Shown here: positions 40,067 to 52,638 of the stretch, piece after piece
How the letters are laid out: each line of letters starts with the position of its first letter
Position numbering within the stretch: the stretch's first letter is position 1
DNA from: Eledone cirrhosa
Taxonomy: Eukaryota
Length of the DNA stretch: 64,000 nt
NCBI GenBank assembly: GCA_964016885.1
Contig: OZ024765.1
Span: 23,002,001 to 23,066,000 of the forward strand
Reading direction: 5' to 3'
Translations under genes and position numbers: made by a program
The notes under the pieces: model-generated
What the model was told of the DNA's origin: nothing
The model's database searches: none
What the model saw: only the letters and a program-made list of their open reading frames with translations

Positions 40067-42236
40067 TGTCAAAGATCAGTATTACACAGATCTCTCCCTT
40101 TAACATCTGTCAAAGATCAGTATTACACAGATCTCTCCCTTTAACATCTGTCAAAGATCAGTATTCTACAGATCTCTCCCTTTAACATCTGTCAAAGATC
40201 AGTATTCTACAGATCTCTCCCTTTAACATCTGTCAAAGATCAGTATTCTACAGATCACTCCCTTTAACAACTGTCAAAGATCAGTATTCTACAGATCACT
40301 CCCTTTAACATCTGTCAAAGATCAGTATTCTACAGATCTCTCCCTTTAACATCTGTCAAAGATCAGTATTACACAGATCTCTCCCTTTAACATCTGTCAA
40401 AGATCAGTATTACACAGATCTCTCCCTTTAACATCTGTCAAAGATCAGTATTCTACAGATCACTCCCTTTAACATCTGTCAAAGATCAGTATTACACAGA
40501 TCTCTCCCTTTAACATCTGTCAAAGATCAGTATTCTACAGATCTCTCCCTTTAACATCTGTCAAAGATCAGTATTCTACAGATCACTCCCTTTAACATCT
40601 GTCAAAGATCAGTATTACACAGATCTCTCCCTTTAACATCTGTCAAAGATCAGTATTACACAGATCTCTTCCTTTAACATCTGTCAAAGATCAGTATTAC
40701 ACAGATCTCTCCCTTTAACATCTGTCAAAGATCAGTATTCAATAGATCACTCCATTTAACATCTGTCAAAGATCAGTATTACACAGATCTCTCCCTTTAA
40801 CATCTGTCAAAGATCAGTATTACACAGATCTCTCCCTTTAACATCTGTCAAAGATCAGTATTACACAGATCTCTTCCTTTAACATCTGTCAAAGATCAGT
40901 ATTACACAGATCTCTCCCTTTAACATCTGTCAAAGATCAGTATTCAATAGATCACTCCATTTAACATCTGTCAAAGATCAGTATTACACAGATCTCTCCC
41001 TTTAACATCTGTCAAAGATCAGTATTACACAGATCTCTCCCTTTAACATCTGTCAAAGATCAGTATTACACAGATCACTCCCTTTAACATCTGTCAAAGA
41101 TCAGTATTACACAGATCTCTCCCTTTAACATCTGTCAACGATCAGTATTACACAGATCTCTCCCTTTAACATCTGTCAAAGATCAGTATTACACAGATCT
41201 CTCCCTTTAACATCTGTCAAAGATCAGTATTACACAGATCTCTCCCTTTAACATCTGTCAAAGATCAGTATTCTACAGATCTCTCCCTTTAACATCTGTC
41301 AAAGATCAGTATTCTACAGATCACTCCCTTTAACATCTGTCAAAGATCAGTATTCTACAGATCACTCCCTTTAACATCTGTCAAAGATCAGTATTACACA
41401 GATCTCTCCCTTTAACATCTGTCAAAGATCAGTATTCTACAGATCTCTCCCTTTAACATCTGTCAAAGATCAGTATTACACAGATCTCTCCCTTTAACAT
41501 CTGTCAAAGATCAGTATTCTACAGATCTCTCCCTTTAACATCTGTCAAAGATCAGTATTCTACAGATCTCTCCCTTTAACATCTGTCAAAGATCAGTATT
41601 CTACAGATCTCTCCCTTTAACATCTGTCAAAGATCAGTATTACACAGATCTCTCCCTTTAACATCTGTCAAAGATCAGTATTCTACAGATCTCTCCCTTT
41701 AACATCTGTCAAAGATCAGTATTACACAGATCTCTTCCTTTAACATCTGTCAAAGATCAGTATTACACAGATCTCTCCCTTTAACATCTGTCAAAGATCA
41801 GTATTACACAGATCTCTCCCTTTAACATCTGGCAAAGATCAGTATTCTACAGATCTATCCCTTTAACATCTGTCAAAGATCAGTATTACACAGATCTCTC
41901 CCTTTAACATCTGTCAAAGATCAGTATTACACAGATCTCTCCCTTTAACATCTGTCAAAGATCAGTATTCTACAGATCTCTCCCTTTAACATCTGTCAAA
42001 GATCAGTATTACACAGATCTCTCCCTTTAACATCTGTCAAAGATCAGTATTACACAGATCTCTCCCTTTAACATCTGTCAAAAGATCAGTATTACACAGA
42101 TCATTCCCTTTAACATCTGTCAAAGATCAGTATTACACAGATCATTCCCTTTAACATCTGTCAAAGATCAGTATTACACAGATCTCTCCCTTTAACATCT
42201 GTCAAAGATCAGTATTACACAGATCATTCCCTTTAA
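40067..42236. repeat. 41-bp minisatellite, ~53 copies
   Basis: Unit tgtcaaagatcagtattacacagatctctccctttaacatc. Confidence 0.96.
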
Positions 42237-42478
42237 ATACACTTTTGCCAATACTTTACGTATATTTAAGTGTAAAATATACCTGTAGAATAAATGAAAA
42301 TACAGTTTAATACCCTAAACCTTCATTTATTTAAACTGTCAATCCCATTGTCTAACAACTACTATATAGCTTGTTCCTTGGGTAGCAATCTCAATGTTTC
42401 CCATAGGTGCTATTTTACCTTGTTACACCTCTGGTACTGTGTATTACTTACTAAATGTCTGTGTGTCTTTTCTTACAG

Positions 42479-42591
42479 TTGTTCAACTCCCCCAGAGGTG
42501 TGTTAGATATTGCTGCACCAACAGCTTCCACATTTGCCCACCCAGATAGAAAACTCTCCAACCAGAAATCAGACATTGCGTTCATGAAGCT
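42479..42591 (+). CDS. ARFGEF3: ARFGEF3/BIG3 coding exon
   Basis: ttacag|TTG...AAGCT|gtaagt; 113 nt, LFNSPRGVLDIAAPTASTFAHPDRKLSNQKSDIAFMKL, phase 0-2. Confidence 0.87.
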
Positions 42592-42929
42592 GTAAGTCTC
42601 CATTTAAATCTTCTATCATTTTCTTTTTAAACTATCAACAAGATCCCAGACTTCTTTTGCTTACTGAGAGCTGATGAGGGAGAAGATGTGTGAACTTTTG
42701 TACATCAACTTTATTTCCTTCTTCCAGTCACTTCTCTGCACCTATCCCACTTCTCCTTGTCTTCTTCCTCTCTCATCAGTCTTTTCTATATTTCATGTCA
42801 CCATCTTCTGGATTGTCTCCCTGTTGACCACTGGTCACTGTCCTCTCTCGTGGAATTCATCAAATCAGACCAAGGAAACAATGTTTACTGCTTCTAGAGA
42901 ATCTCTTTCAAATGAAGTGTCATGGGCTT

Positions 42930-43385
42930 CGTTAATTCTAACGTTTTGTAATATTACAGTAAAGACTTTAATATTTAATGTGGTGTAGTCATAGTGTGGT
43001 TTTGTACTAAATGTTTATAGTATCTTTACTAGTGGACATATTGTGAATATTTACAGTATTACAGTAAAGACTTTAATATTGAATGTGATGTAGTCATAGT
43101 GTTGTTTTGTACTAAATGTTTATAGTATCTCTACTGGTGGACATATTGTTGTGAATATTTACAGTATTACAGTAAAGACTTTAATATTGAATGTGATGTA
43201 GTCATAGTGTTGTTTTGTACTAAATGTTTATAGTATCTTTACTAGTGGACATATTGTTGTGAATATTTACAGTATTACAGTAAAGACTTTAATATTGAAT
43301 GTGATGTAGTCATAGTGTTGTTTTGTACTCCTCAAGAATGTCTTGCCAATGTAGTCTCCTGAGGTACAGGTCATTAAGAATTAAT
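42930..43385. mobile_element. 108-bp-repeat MITE-like family copy (~3.5 units)
   Basis: Same unit and a similar 3' flank (ctcaagaatgtctt...gtacagg...ttaagaattaa) to 16308-18021. Confidence 0.72.
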
Positions 43386-43400
43386 TACATCTCGTTCCAG

Positions 43401-43573
43401 GATTGTAGACAGCATCCAGGAGTGTTGCCACTGTAACGACTCTTCAGTGTGTATAACAAGTGTGGAGTGTATAACAATGTTGCTACGGACTCTTGAAAGG
43501 ATCAGCAAAGGCATTGATGTTCCACCTGACCTCGTCAAAGACATCAACAGTTACTATGATCTTCAAGAGAGAG
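43401..43573 (+). CDS. ARFGEF3: ARFGEF3/BIG3 coding exon
   Basis: ttccag|GATT...GAGAG|gtttct (weak donor); 173 nt, IVDSIQECCHCNDSSVCITSVECITMLLRTLERISKGIDVPPDLVKDINSYYDLQER. Confidence 0.83.
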
Positions 43574-43696
43574 GTTTCTATGTTTTCTTCTATATCTACA
43601 TATATATACGTGTGTGGGTATACATATATACATTTATGTGTATGTATATATACACCTATATGTGTAATTACATATGCATGTGTGTGTGTGTATATA

Positions 43697-44992
43697 TAGG
43701 GTGCGGATGATATTTGTTTGCAAGGTTACTGTCTAGGAAAATATAAGACAGTAGTTTTATTTTTTAAAATATATTTATCAAACTTGGGTCAGTTTGTTTT
43801 CATGACTTGTTCTTTCAATCTCACTCGACAAACCCACCATTGGCTTTGATGACGGCCTCGGAACCAGCTACATGCCTTTGTCACTGTCCCCCGACTTAGG
43901 CCTCTAAAGACACATGTGATCCTGGCCTTCAGATCTTCTTTCGTATTGCAGCTAGATCTGTTGGTGTCTCGTTCCACTGCGCCCCACACAAAGAAGTTGA
44001 GGGGGTTGCAGTCAGGCGAGCTGGGAGGCAATATGTCAGGTGAAGTGTGGTCGAAGAAGTTCTCTGACAGCCAGGCTTGGGTCTTTCGGCTGGTATGGCA
44101 GAGCGCTGAATCTTGCTGCCACACGTACGGCCTACCTGCAGTTACCTGGTCGATCCAGGGCTTTACTACCTCGCTCAGAACGCGGATGTAGCCATCAGTG
44201 TTCAGCTTGAGGCCCTCAGGGAAGAAGTGAGGTGGCATGACGTCACCTTGACTGCTGACGACACCTAAGACCAATGTTGTCACTGGAAACTTTGTCTGCA
44301 TGACTCTGGGCACGTCTTTGGATGAGACAGCGAGCCACCTGTTGTTCTGGGAGTTGATCTTCTGGTCTTGGCAGAAGTTTTTCTCGTCGGAGAAAAAGCA
44401 CAGCATGTCTGGCTCCAGTGGGTGTTTCAATTTGTTGATCAGCTTCTTTGCGTGCTTCAGTCGCTTTTCTTGCATCGCCTTTGACAGAAATTGTCCTTTC
44501 CTCATCTTGTATGAAACGTAGCGAATGTCTTCATGTACCACCAGCCTATTGAGCTTTTCACCCACACCTTTCTCCCTTGCAATGGCACGCATCGACTTGC
44601 TAGGTTCATTGTTGATGATATCCTGAACTTCAGCGACGAACTCAGGCGTTCTGAAGGCGTCAGATCGTCGATCATGTGTTTTCCTCTCTGATGTTGCTTC
44701 GTAGTCGAATCCTGAATTTTCGAATTCCTTTCTGACCTATTCCACCATTCTCCTGCTGACGCTGAGAAAGTCTGAAATTTCCTTATTTGTCCTCCCGGCG
44801 CGGATTCCAAGAAGAACTCCGTGTCTCTGCCACAAATTTGGAGGTTCAAAATTATTCATAATCAATTATTCTGAAAATAAATAATGGAAATACAGTCACT
44901 GTTTTTATGAAGACAAGAGTGACAACGGAAGTAAAAAAAATTTGCATAAAATTAGCAGCTGAAAATTGGGAACAAATATCGTCCACACCCTA
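43697..44992 (-). mobile_element. Tc1/mariner DNA transposon, DD37D (maT)-type, defective
   Basis: TIRs agggtgcggatgatatttgtt / aacaaatatcgtccacaccct in TA context; FSDEKNF, VWQQDSA, then 37 residues to PDCNPLN (third D replaced by N); frameshifted. Confidence 0.9.
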
Positions 44993-45331
44993 TATATGTA
45001 TGTGTGTAATTACATAGATGTGTGTTTGTGTATATATATATATATATCATCATCATCACCAGCATTTAAGATCTAATTTTCCATGCTTGCTTGGGTTAGT
45101 CTGTCTAACCATTGACAATTCACCCATGTCATCGGACAAGCATGGCCAGTTGGCCATACTCTGCCTTGCTCAGGTGGAACTGTAATATATATATACATAT
45201 ATATAGGGAGGGAGAGAGAGAGAGAGTAAGAGAGAGGGGTGGCCTTGTTTGTATATCATTGTGTTAATGTGATGGCTGTGTATGTATGTATATAAATGTG
45301 GATGTATATTTATATATATATATATATGTGG

Positions 45332-45372
<41 letters not shown>

Positions 45373-45397
45373 AATGTATATATATATATATATGTGG

Positions 45398-45434
<37 letters not shown>

Positions 45435-45500
45435 AATGTATATATATATATATATATGTGGATGTATATATATATGTGGATATATATATATATATATATA

Positions 45501-47115
45501 TAACAGAGGAGTTCAAGACCGGCTGCCCATGGGAACTCCTATACGCAGATGATCTAACGCTCATAGCTGAATCAATGACCGAACTAGAGAAGAAATTCCA
45601 AACGTGGAAGCACGGCCTAGAATCAAAAGGCCTTAAAATTAACCTGTCTAAGACTAAAGTTCTAGTTTGTAGGAAAGAAAATAAGGCGGCGGTCCCATCG
45701 GGGAAATGGCCATGCTCAGTGTGTAGGAAAGGCGTAGGTAGAAACTCCATTTTATGTCCCAAATGCAAAGTATGGGTGCATAAAAGATGTAGTGGGATCA
45801 CAGGTAAGCTAACTAAGAACATAGATTTTACATGTGGCCGGTGCTCTGGTGCAATAAGTAGCAGCAAGTGCCCACAAAATACTAGCTCCTTCAACTGCGC
45901 AGAGGGTTCTATAGAAATAGTGGACAGCGTCCGTTATCTGGGTGACAAAATCAGCAGTGGGGGAGGGTGCTCTGAAAGTACAGTAGCTAGAGTCAGAACT
46001 GGATGGAAAAAGTTCAGAGAGCTTATACCACTATTAGCCGCTAGAGGGTTCTCCCTAAAAATGAAAGGCAGGTTATACGATGCCTGCATACGAACAGCAA
46101 TGCTGCATGGCAGTGAGACCTGGGCATTGTGTGCAGAGGATATACGCAGACTAGAGAGGAACGAAGCTTGCATGCTCCGCTGGATGTGCAATAGTAATAT
46201 ACGTGAACGGCAAAGCATAAACGAACTAAGGAAAAAATTAGAAATAAGAGGGATCAGATGTTGTTTACTCGAGAGAAGGCTACGTTGGTACGGTCACGTG
46301 ATGCGCATGAAAGACGACAGCTGTATAACAAAGTGCAGGGCAATAAAGATAGACGGTAGCCACGGAGTAGGCAGACCCAGAAAAACATGGGACGAGCTGA
46401 TAAATTCCGACCTCACACGCTTACACCTCTCCAAGACAATGTCACTGGACCGAGACCTTTGGCGGTACTCAGTAATAGAGAAGACCCGCCTTACCTAAAT
46501 ACAAAGTAAAAACCTACTACAGTCAGTAGGCATCTCTATCAAAACACACCCCCGTCCCACCACCCTCCACCCCACCCACACCGCCCCTTTCAATGTAAAG
46601 TTATGTTGGTCCCACAACATCCAGGCCGAAACAAATGAGATCGTGTAGGTGTCACGACAAAAACACACAGTCCACGCTGTAAATGTGGCCGTGTAGGCAA
46701 CACGGTAAAAACCTCCCAGCCCCACACTGTAAATGTGGTTGGTGTTAGGAAGGGCATCCAGCTGTAGAAAACCCGCCAGACAGTCCACGCTGTAATGTGG
46801 CCGTGTAGGCAACACGGTAAAAACCTCCCAGCCCCACACTGTAAATGTGGTTGGTGTTAGGAAGGGCATCCAGCTGTAGAAAACCCGCCAGACAGTCCAT
46901 GCTGTAATGTGGCCGTGTAGGCAACACGGTAAAAACCTCCCAGCCCCACACTGTAAATGTGGTTGGTGTTAGGAAGGGCATCCAACTGTAGAAAACCCGC
47001 CAGACAGTCCTATGCGAGCAAGACAACCACTCTTGCCTCAAGTGGGAAAACCCCCGTCCAAACCCATGCAAGCGTGGAACACGGACGCTAAACCTGATGA
47101 TGATGATGATGATGA
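45501..47115 (+). mobile_element. RTE LINE 5'-truncated copy (subfamily A) with a 112-bp 3'UTR segment in three copies
   Basis: Open frame from [18 protein letters not shown] to EKTRLT*; 3'UTR period 112 (46781, 46893); (GAT)n tail. Confidence 0.93.
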
Positions 47116-47156
47116 TATATATTATATATGTGTGTGTGGATGTATATATATATATA

Positions 47157-47855
47157 TGGTGGATAGCTTCCGGTACCTAGGAGATCAGATTAGCATGGGA
47201 GGAGGGTGTTCCGAGGCCATAGTATCTAGAATAAGGATGGGTTGGAAGAAGTTTAGGGAGCTGCTTCCTCTGTTGACGAAGAAGGGTTTCTCCCTGCGTA
47301 TGAAAGGCCGGTTGTATGATGCCTGTGTGAGGAGCGCGATGCTGCATGGTAGTGAGACATGGGCAGCTACCGCAGAAGATATGCGACGGCTGGAGAGAAA
47401 TGAGGCAAGCATGCTCCGTTGGATGTGCAGTGTCAATGTGCGTGAACGACCCAGCATGGATGTGTTGAGAGAGCAACTGTGTCTGAGAGGGATAGGATGT
47501 AGTGTACGGGAGAGGAGACTGAGGTTGTATGGACATGTGATGTGTTGAGAGAGAAACTGTGTCTGAGAGGGATAGAATGTAGTGTACGGGAGAGGAGACT
47601 GAGGTGGTATGGACATGTGATGTGCATGGAGGATGACCGATGGGTGAAGAAGTGCCAGGAAATGCCAGTTGAAGGAAGACGTGGTAGAGGTAGACCACAA
47701 AAAACATGGGCGGAGGTGGTGAGAACAGACCCCAGATCACTGAAGCTCATGGTGGAGATGACGAAGGATCGTGACGAGTGGAGAGATGCTGTGCTGAATA
47801 AGACCCGTCCCACCCTTGCAAGCAGGCAAAAGCGGACATAAAATGTTGATGATGA
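47157..47855 (+). mobile_element. RTE LINE 3' fragment (subfamily C) with an internal ~80-bp duplication
   Basis: VDSFRYLGDQI...GWKKFRELLP; duplicated LREQLCLRGIG segment; tail cccacccttgcaagcagg...(GAT)n. Confidence 0.9.
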
Positions 47856-47918
47856 TATATATATGTGGATATAGTGACGAAACATAAGTCAATTGCATGA
47901 ACTCATAATCCTTTATTT

Positions 47919-47974
47919 ACTGCTATATATATTTTGATGATAGCCATTGAATGGCTATGACCTCATCAGGCAGT
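47919..47974 (-). ncRNA. Hammerhead ribozyme relic (GAAA changed to AAAA)
   Basis: On -: actgc CTGATGA ggtcatagccat-tca-atggctatcatc AAAA tatat ATA gcagt; stems intact, catalytic G12 mutated. Confidence 0.55.
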
Positions 47975-49562
47975 TAGTCAGTTCTTAGATATGCCGGCTC
48001 TGTGTTTATAGTGTTGATGGTATCAGAGCCTTGGGACATATGAGCTTGTTAGGGATAATTTACTGTTGTCAGCAGGAATAGTCTTAATTCTCATTGGTCA
48101 GTTTGTAGATGCTAGTAGGGTTCGTATTTGACCTCAAAGGGGCAGGTGGTGTTGTAAAGCTCAAACTGTCAGGCAAGATGATAATAGTTCCATATGACTG
48201 ATTTTCACAAAAAGGCTTCCTGGTCAGATATATATTCAATTAAGGTTAATAGTATGAGATTCGATACTACAGGTCATTCTTAAATTGGGGAATTTATGTG
48301 GGGTGGTACTACTGAAAATTATGGTTAGAGTAGAATACTAGAAAATTTACATATAAAAAGACTTATGTTGGTTGACTTATACCTACACTCACACCTACCC
48401 CCACAGACATACACACACATCCACACATACAAATTGAGGAATTAATGTGGGGTGGTAATACTTAAAATAATGGTTAGAGTCAAATACTTAGAAAATTTAC
48501 AAATAAAAAGGCTTATGTTGGTTGACTTGTACATACACTCACACCTACCCCCTCAGACACACACACATCTACACACACAAATTCATACAGGTGTGTATAT
48601 ACATATATGTACGCACAAGTGCATATATATATACAACAGAGGCCCCCAAATCCAAGTATAAGGCAGACATAAAACTAGGTGGGTGTTATTTTTAAAGAAA
48701 AGTAAAGTGGGTGTTTGGAAAAGTTATTGTTTAGACTAGACAAAGGTAGAGTGTGATATATATCTTCACAGCAATAGCTTGGGGGCTTTGGAGCTTAGGC
48801 GATTCCCTTAGTACAGACATATATACCCACCCACAAATTTATACTTCTGGATGCACGTGCATGTCTATATACACATGTGCACTTATACAAGAGAGTATAT
48901 AGAAATATACTCTTAAGCATACACTTGAACATTTATCAATCCAACCTGGAGTATTAGTATTTCCTTGCGTTCACATGAGTGTGTACATTCACACAGTCCC
49001 AGTTACACACACAACGCACGGTTGCGGGCACACATTCATGTGTATAGGGTTAGTACCTTGGGATAATTGTTCTTCCTGTGTGGGCCACTCCCGGGAGGGG
49101 GGGGGGGGGTCCTCAGGTTCAATAAACGTGGTTTTGATGACCCCTAACCAGTAGGGGATCCGGTGGACCATCTACCATAGGGACCACAAACTATGGGTGG
49201 TTGTTGTTGTCCATTGGTCATTGGTACGGGGTGTAGGGGACCTACAGGGGGAGGGGGGGCGTTGTGGGAGGCCTTAACTGGGGTTTATCCATATAGCTTG
49301 AGGAAAGTTCCCTATCCTTAGGTGTCTGCAGGCACCGAATAAGTCGGCCCTTCTGTTTAATAGCTTGGTTCCGCCATGAAGTATCTCGAGTGTCTCACTA
49401 AGACATATATGTGGATATATATATATGTGTGTGTGTATATGTGTATGTGTGTGTGTATATATACGTGTGTGTGTATATATATGTGTGTATATGTGTGTGT
49501 GTGTATATACGTGTGTGTGTATATATATGTGTGTGTGTGTGTGTGTATATATGTATATATAT

Positions 49563-49903
49563 GGAGGCACATGGCTTAGTGGTTAGAGCATTGGCCTTGC
49601 AATCGAAAGGTTGGGAGTTCAATTCTCAGACCGGGTGATGTGTTGTTTCCTTGAGCAAGACACTTTATTTCACATTGCTCCAGTTTACTCAGCTGTAGAA
49701 ATGAGATGATAGGGACTGGGGTCCCTATCATTCCACTGTAAGGTGGTCGTGGAGGTGCCACGACAAAAAGGCACCCAGCACTCACTGTAAATGAGGTTGG
49801 TGTTAGGAAGGGCATCCAGCTGTAGAAATCAAGCCACAATCAGTTCCCGTCCCACCCTTGCAGGCAGGGAAAAAGCGGACGTGAAATGAAATGATGATGA
49901 TGA
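49563..49903 (+). mobile_element. SINE family A copy
   Basis: Full-length copy inside a (TA/TG)n tract. Confidence 0.87.
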
Positions 49904-50053
49904 CGAAAATGTGTGTGTGTATATATGTATATATATATATATGTGTGTGTATATATATGTATATATATATGTGTGTGTGTATATATGTGTGTGTGTGTAT
50001 ATATATGTGCGTGTTTTACTGTATTAATGTGTCAATATATTTTTCTCCCCCAG

Positions 50054-50782
50054 ATTCCAAACTGAACAAGAGTGTTGAAGGGGACAACAACATCCTTCTA
50101 ACAGCAGACCTGGGGCTCACCTCTGAGGTGTACAGGGACTGTACTGTGGGGGTTGAAGACCCAGAAGAGTTAGGAGGAGAGAGAGAAGTGGTGGGAGGTG
50201 GAGAGGAGAGAGAGGTGGTAGGAGGAGAGGAGGAGAAGGATGAGGAAGAGAAGGATGCAGCAGTTGTATTAATACGGCAAAAGGGGGAAGAGGAGAAGGA
50301 AGAGGACGGTGGAGGTGGCGAGAGTCAGCAAGAAATTGTTGCCGAGTGCGATGATGATGATGATGATGATGACGATGATGATGATGATAGTGATGCAGAC
50401 AGCTGCAGTGACAGCTCTGTGGTGAGCCGTGTCTACTGCGCTCCCGCCTCTGTCTGTGAACAGGGAGACAGTAACAGTATTAATGATAGTAGTAGTAGCA
50501 GTATTAGTAGTAGACTCCCACCGAATCATGTGTCACCCTTGACCCCAGCTCAGGAGAAGTCATCCGACAACAAGAAAAGCCCCTCTAAAACTGCTACCAA
50601 CTCCAACACAAACGGAACCAAGTCTAAGGCATTTCTATGTCAGAAACAGGATCAAGCCGAAAGGGAACACGCTCGAGAATTCATGAAGAAGCTGGCAGAG
50701 TTGCTGCCGCGCCTTATGAACCTCATGTCAATATGTCGTGTTGACAATATACTCCAAGAATTTGCCGCCTCTTTCTGTTCTG
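50054..50782 (+). CDS. ARFGEF3: ARFGEF3/BIG3 large coding exon with acidic low-complexity region
   Basis: ccccag|ATTCC...TTCTG|gtgagt; 729 nt, ends AREFMKKLAELLPRLMNLMSICRVDNILQEFAASFCS (cf. ARLFIQSLEGLLPRLLSLSNVEEVDTALQNFASTFCS). Confidence 0.9.
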
Positions 50783-51704
50783 GTGAGTACTCTATATTGA
50801 ACCTATTTTCATATCAAACTCCCTGATTCTGGTGCGCTGGGTGCTTTTTGTCGTGAGACCTACACGATCACTTTACTGTGTGGGCTGGATGTTCTTTACA
50901 GTGTGGACTGGGCACCTTTGTTGTGTCACTGACACAACACAGTGGGGACTAGGGAGGGTGGAGGGGCTTGGGGGAAAAACGATGTGGACAGGGTAGTAGG
51001 GGAGGTATGGTTACCGCTAGGGGAGGTGGATGAGAGGGGATAGAAGGTTGAGGAAGGTGCTGCCTACTAGGTGTAAGCCTCATTCCAAGAACAATAGAAG
51101 GCGGGTTGGGTTGCAATGTCAATGGCGCCAGGCTGTGTCGGCCTTTGTCTTTTGTGTAAAAGACATGGCAAAAAGCACCCAATACATACTGTTAATGTGG
51201 TTGGCATCCAGCAGTAGAATACCAGCCAGAAAAACCCCTACATGAGCGAGGCATGGTCATCCGACCAAACTTGCCTCTAAATGGAACCCATCTAACCCAT
51301 GCTAGCGTGGAAGATGGACGTTAATCGATGATGATGATGATGATGATGATATATAGACACAATGCATCGCCAGGTTCGGGAATCGAACTCACAACCTCAC
51401 GATTGCGAATCCAATTCTCTTAGTCAGCCACGCACCTTCACAAATATGTGAAGCAGGGCAAAGCGGACGTAAAAATGATGTAAGATGTAATATATATATA
51501 TTTATATATTATTCCGAATATTGGTGTTAGGAAGGGCATCCAGCTGTAGAAAACCCGCCAGACAGTCCTATGCGAGCAAGACAACCACTCTTGCCTCAAG
51601 TGGGAAAACCCCCGTCCAAACCCATGCAAGCGTGGAACACGGACGCTAAACCTGATGATGATGATGATTAATAAATGAAGACATTCACATAATCAAAATA
51701 TATG

Positions 51705-51766
51705 TTTTATTATATATATTTCGAAGGTACTGTGCTGTTTTTTCAGTACGTCCTCGTCAGATAAAA
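51705..51766 (-). ncRNA. Type I hammerhead ribozyme (left arm of inverted repeat ~51668-51938)
   Basis: Reverse complement of 51839-51900 with two stem II changes that preserve pairing. Confidence 0.72.
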
Positions 51767-51838
51767 TACATGAATTGATATATGACATACCTCAGCTGTC
51801 TTGATGGTTCAATTCCAGTATCGGCAATACTGGAATTA

Positions 51839-51900
51839 TTTTATCTGACGAGGGCGTACTGAAAAAACAGCACAGTACCTCCGAAATATATATAATAAAA
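51839..51900 (+). ncRNA. Type I hammerhead ribozyme
   Basis: ttttat CTGACGA ggg-c-gtactg...cagtac-c-tcc GAAA tatat ATA ataaaa; palindromic stem III. Confidence 0.78.
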
Positions 51901-52220
51901 CATATATTTTGATTATGTGAATGTCTTCATTTATTAATATTTTGAATAATATTAATAACTCCAGAAAATTTCACTGTAGAGTGCTTTTAATCTATTGTAA
52001 AACTATCTTCATTGAGTAATCAATGAACCATATTAATCTTTGGTTATATATATATAATGGAGTTGTGGTAAGGAACTAGGTGGACCATAACGCACCAGAG
52101 TACTCAATACTTAGGGTAGTAGAGTGGGTAATAGGAAAAAGTTTAACCCCGACGGCAGAGCTCAAGTTCAGAAGTAGCCGTCGAAACGGCTTGAGCTCTG
52201 CTGTCGGGGTTAAACTTTTT

Positions 52221-52255
<35 letters not shown>

Positions 52256-52321
52256 AGGTAAAACTTGAACTGTTAAGATCTCGTTCCTGGTTATGTCAAT
52301 ATTTATAAAACAAACTTTGTA

Positions 52322-52378
52322 TTTTATCTGATGAGAGCGTACCAAAGTTTTGGTACCCTTGAAATATATATAATAGAA
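52322..52378 (+). ncRNA. Type I hammerhead ribozyme
   Basis: ttttat CTGATGA gag-c-gtaccaaa/tttggtac-c-ctt GAAA tatat ATA atagaa. Confidence 0.78.
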
Positions 52379-52638
52379 TAAATATGGTTTTATAAATATA
52401 GTTTCCATTTATTTAATATCATTGTATATATATATATATATGCAAACGTTTTGTTTATAAAATACAATATATAAACAGTTTTATAAATAATTTTGACGTA
52501 GGTAAAGGTATGTCTTTTAGAGAAGAAGAGATCTTAAAGAATTCCATTTTTTCAGTTATAATGTAAAGCACTCAACAATACTTATAAAACTGTTTATATA
52601 TTGTATTTTATAAATAAAACTTTTGCATATATTTTGCT

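Noticed and set aside
40067-42236. CRISPR-like regular repeats (also the 25-, 45- and 48-bp arrays)
   Set aside because: No unique spacers, no cas genes, eukaryotic intron context
43789-44849. Active or domesticated transposase
   Set aside because: Split across frames, with the third catalytic Asp replaced by Asn
48285-48580. ~155-bp diverged tandem duplication
   Set aside because: No coding, structural or splice-related signal seen; ordinary local duplication
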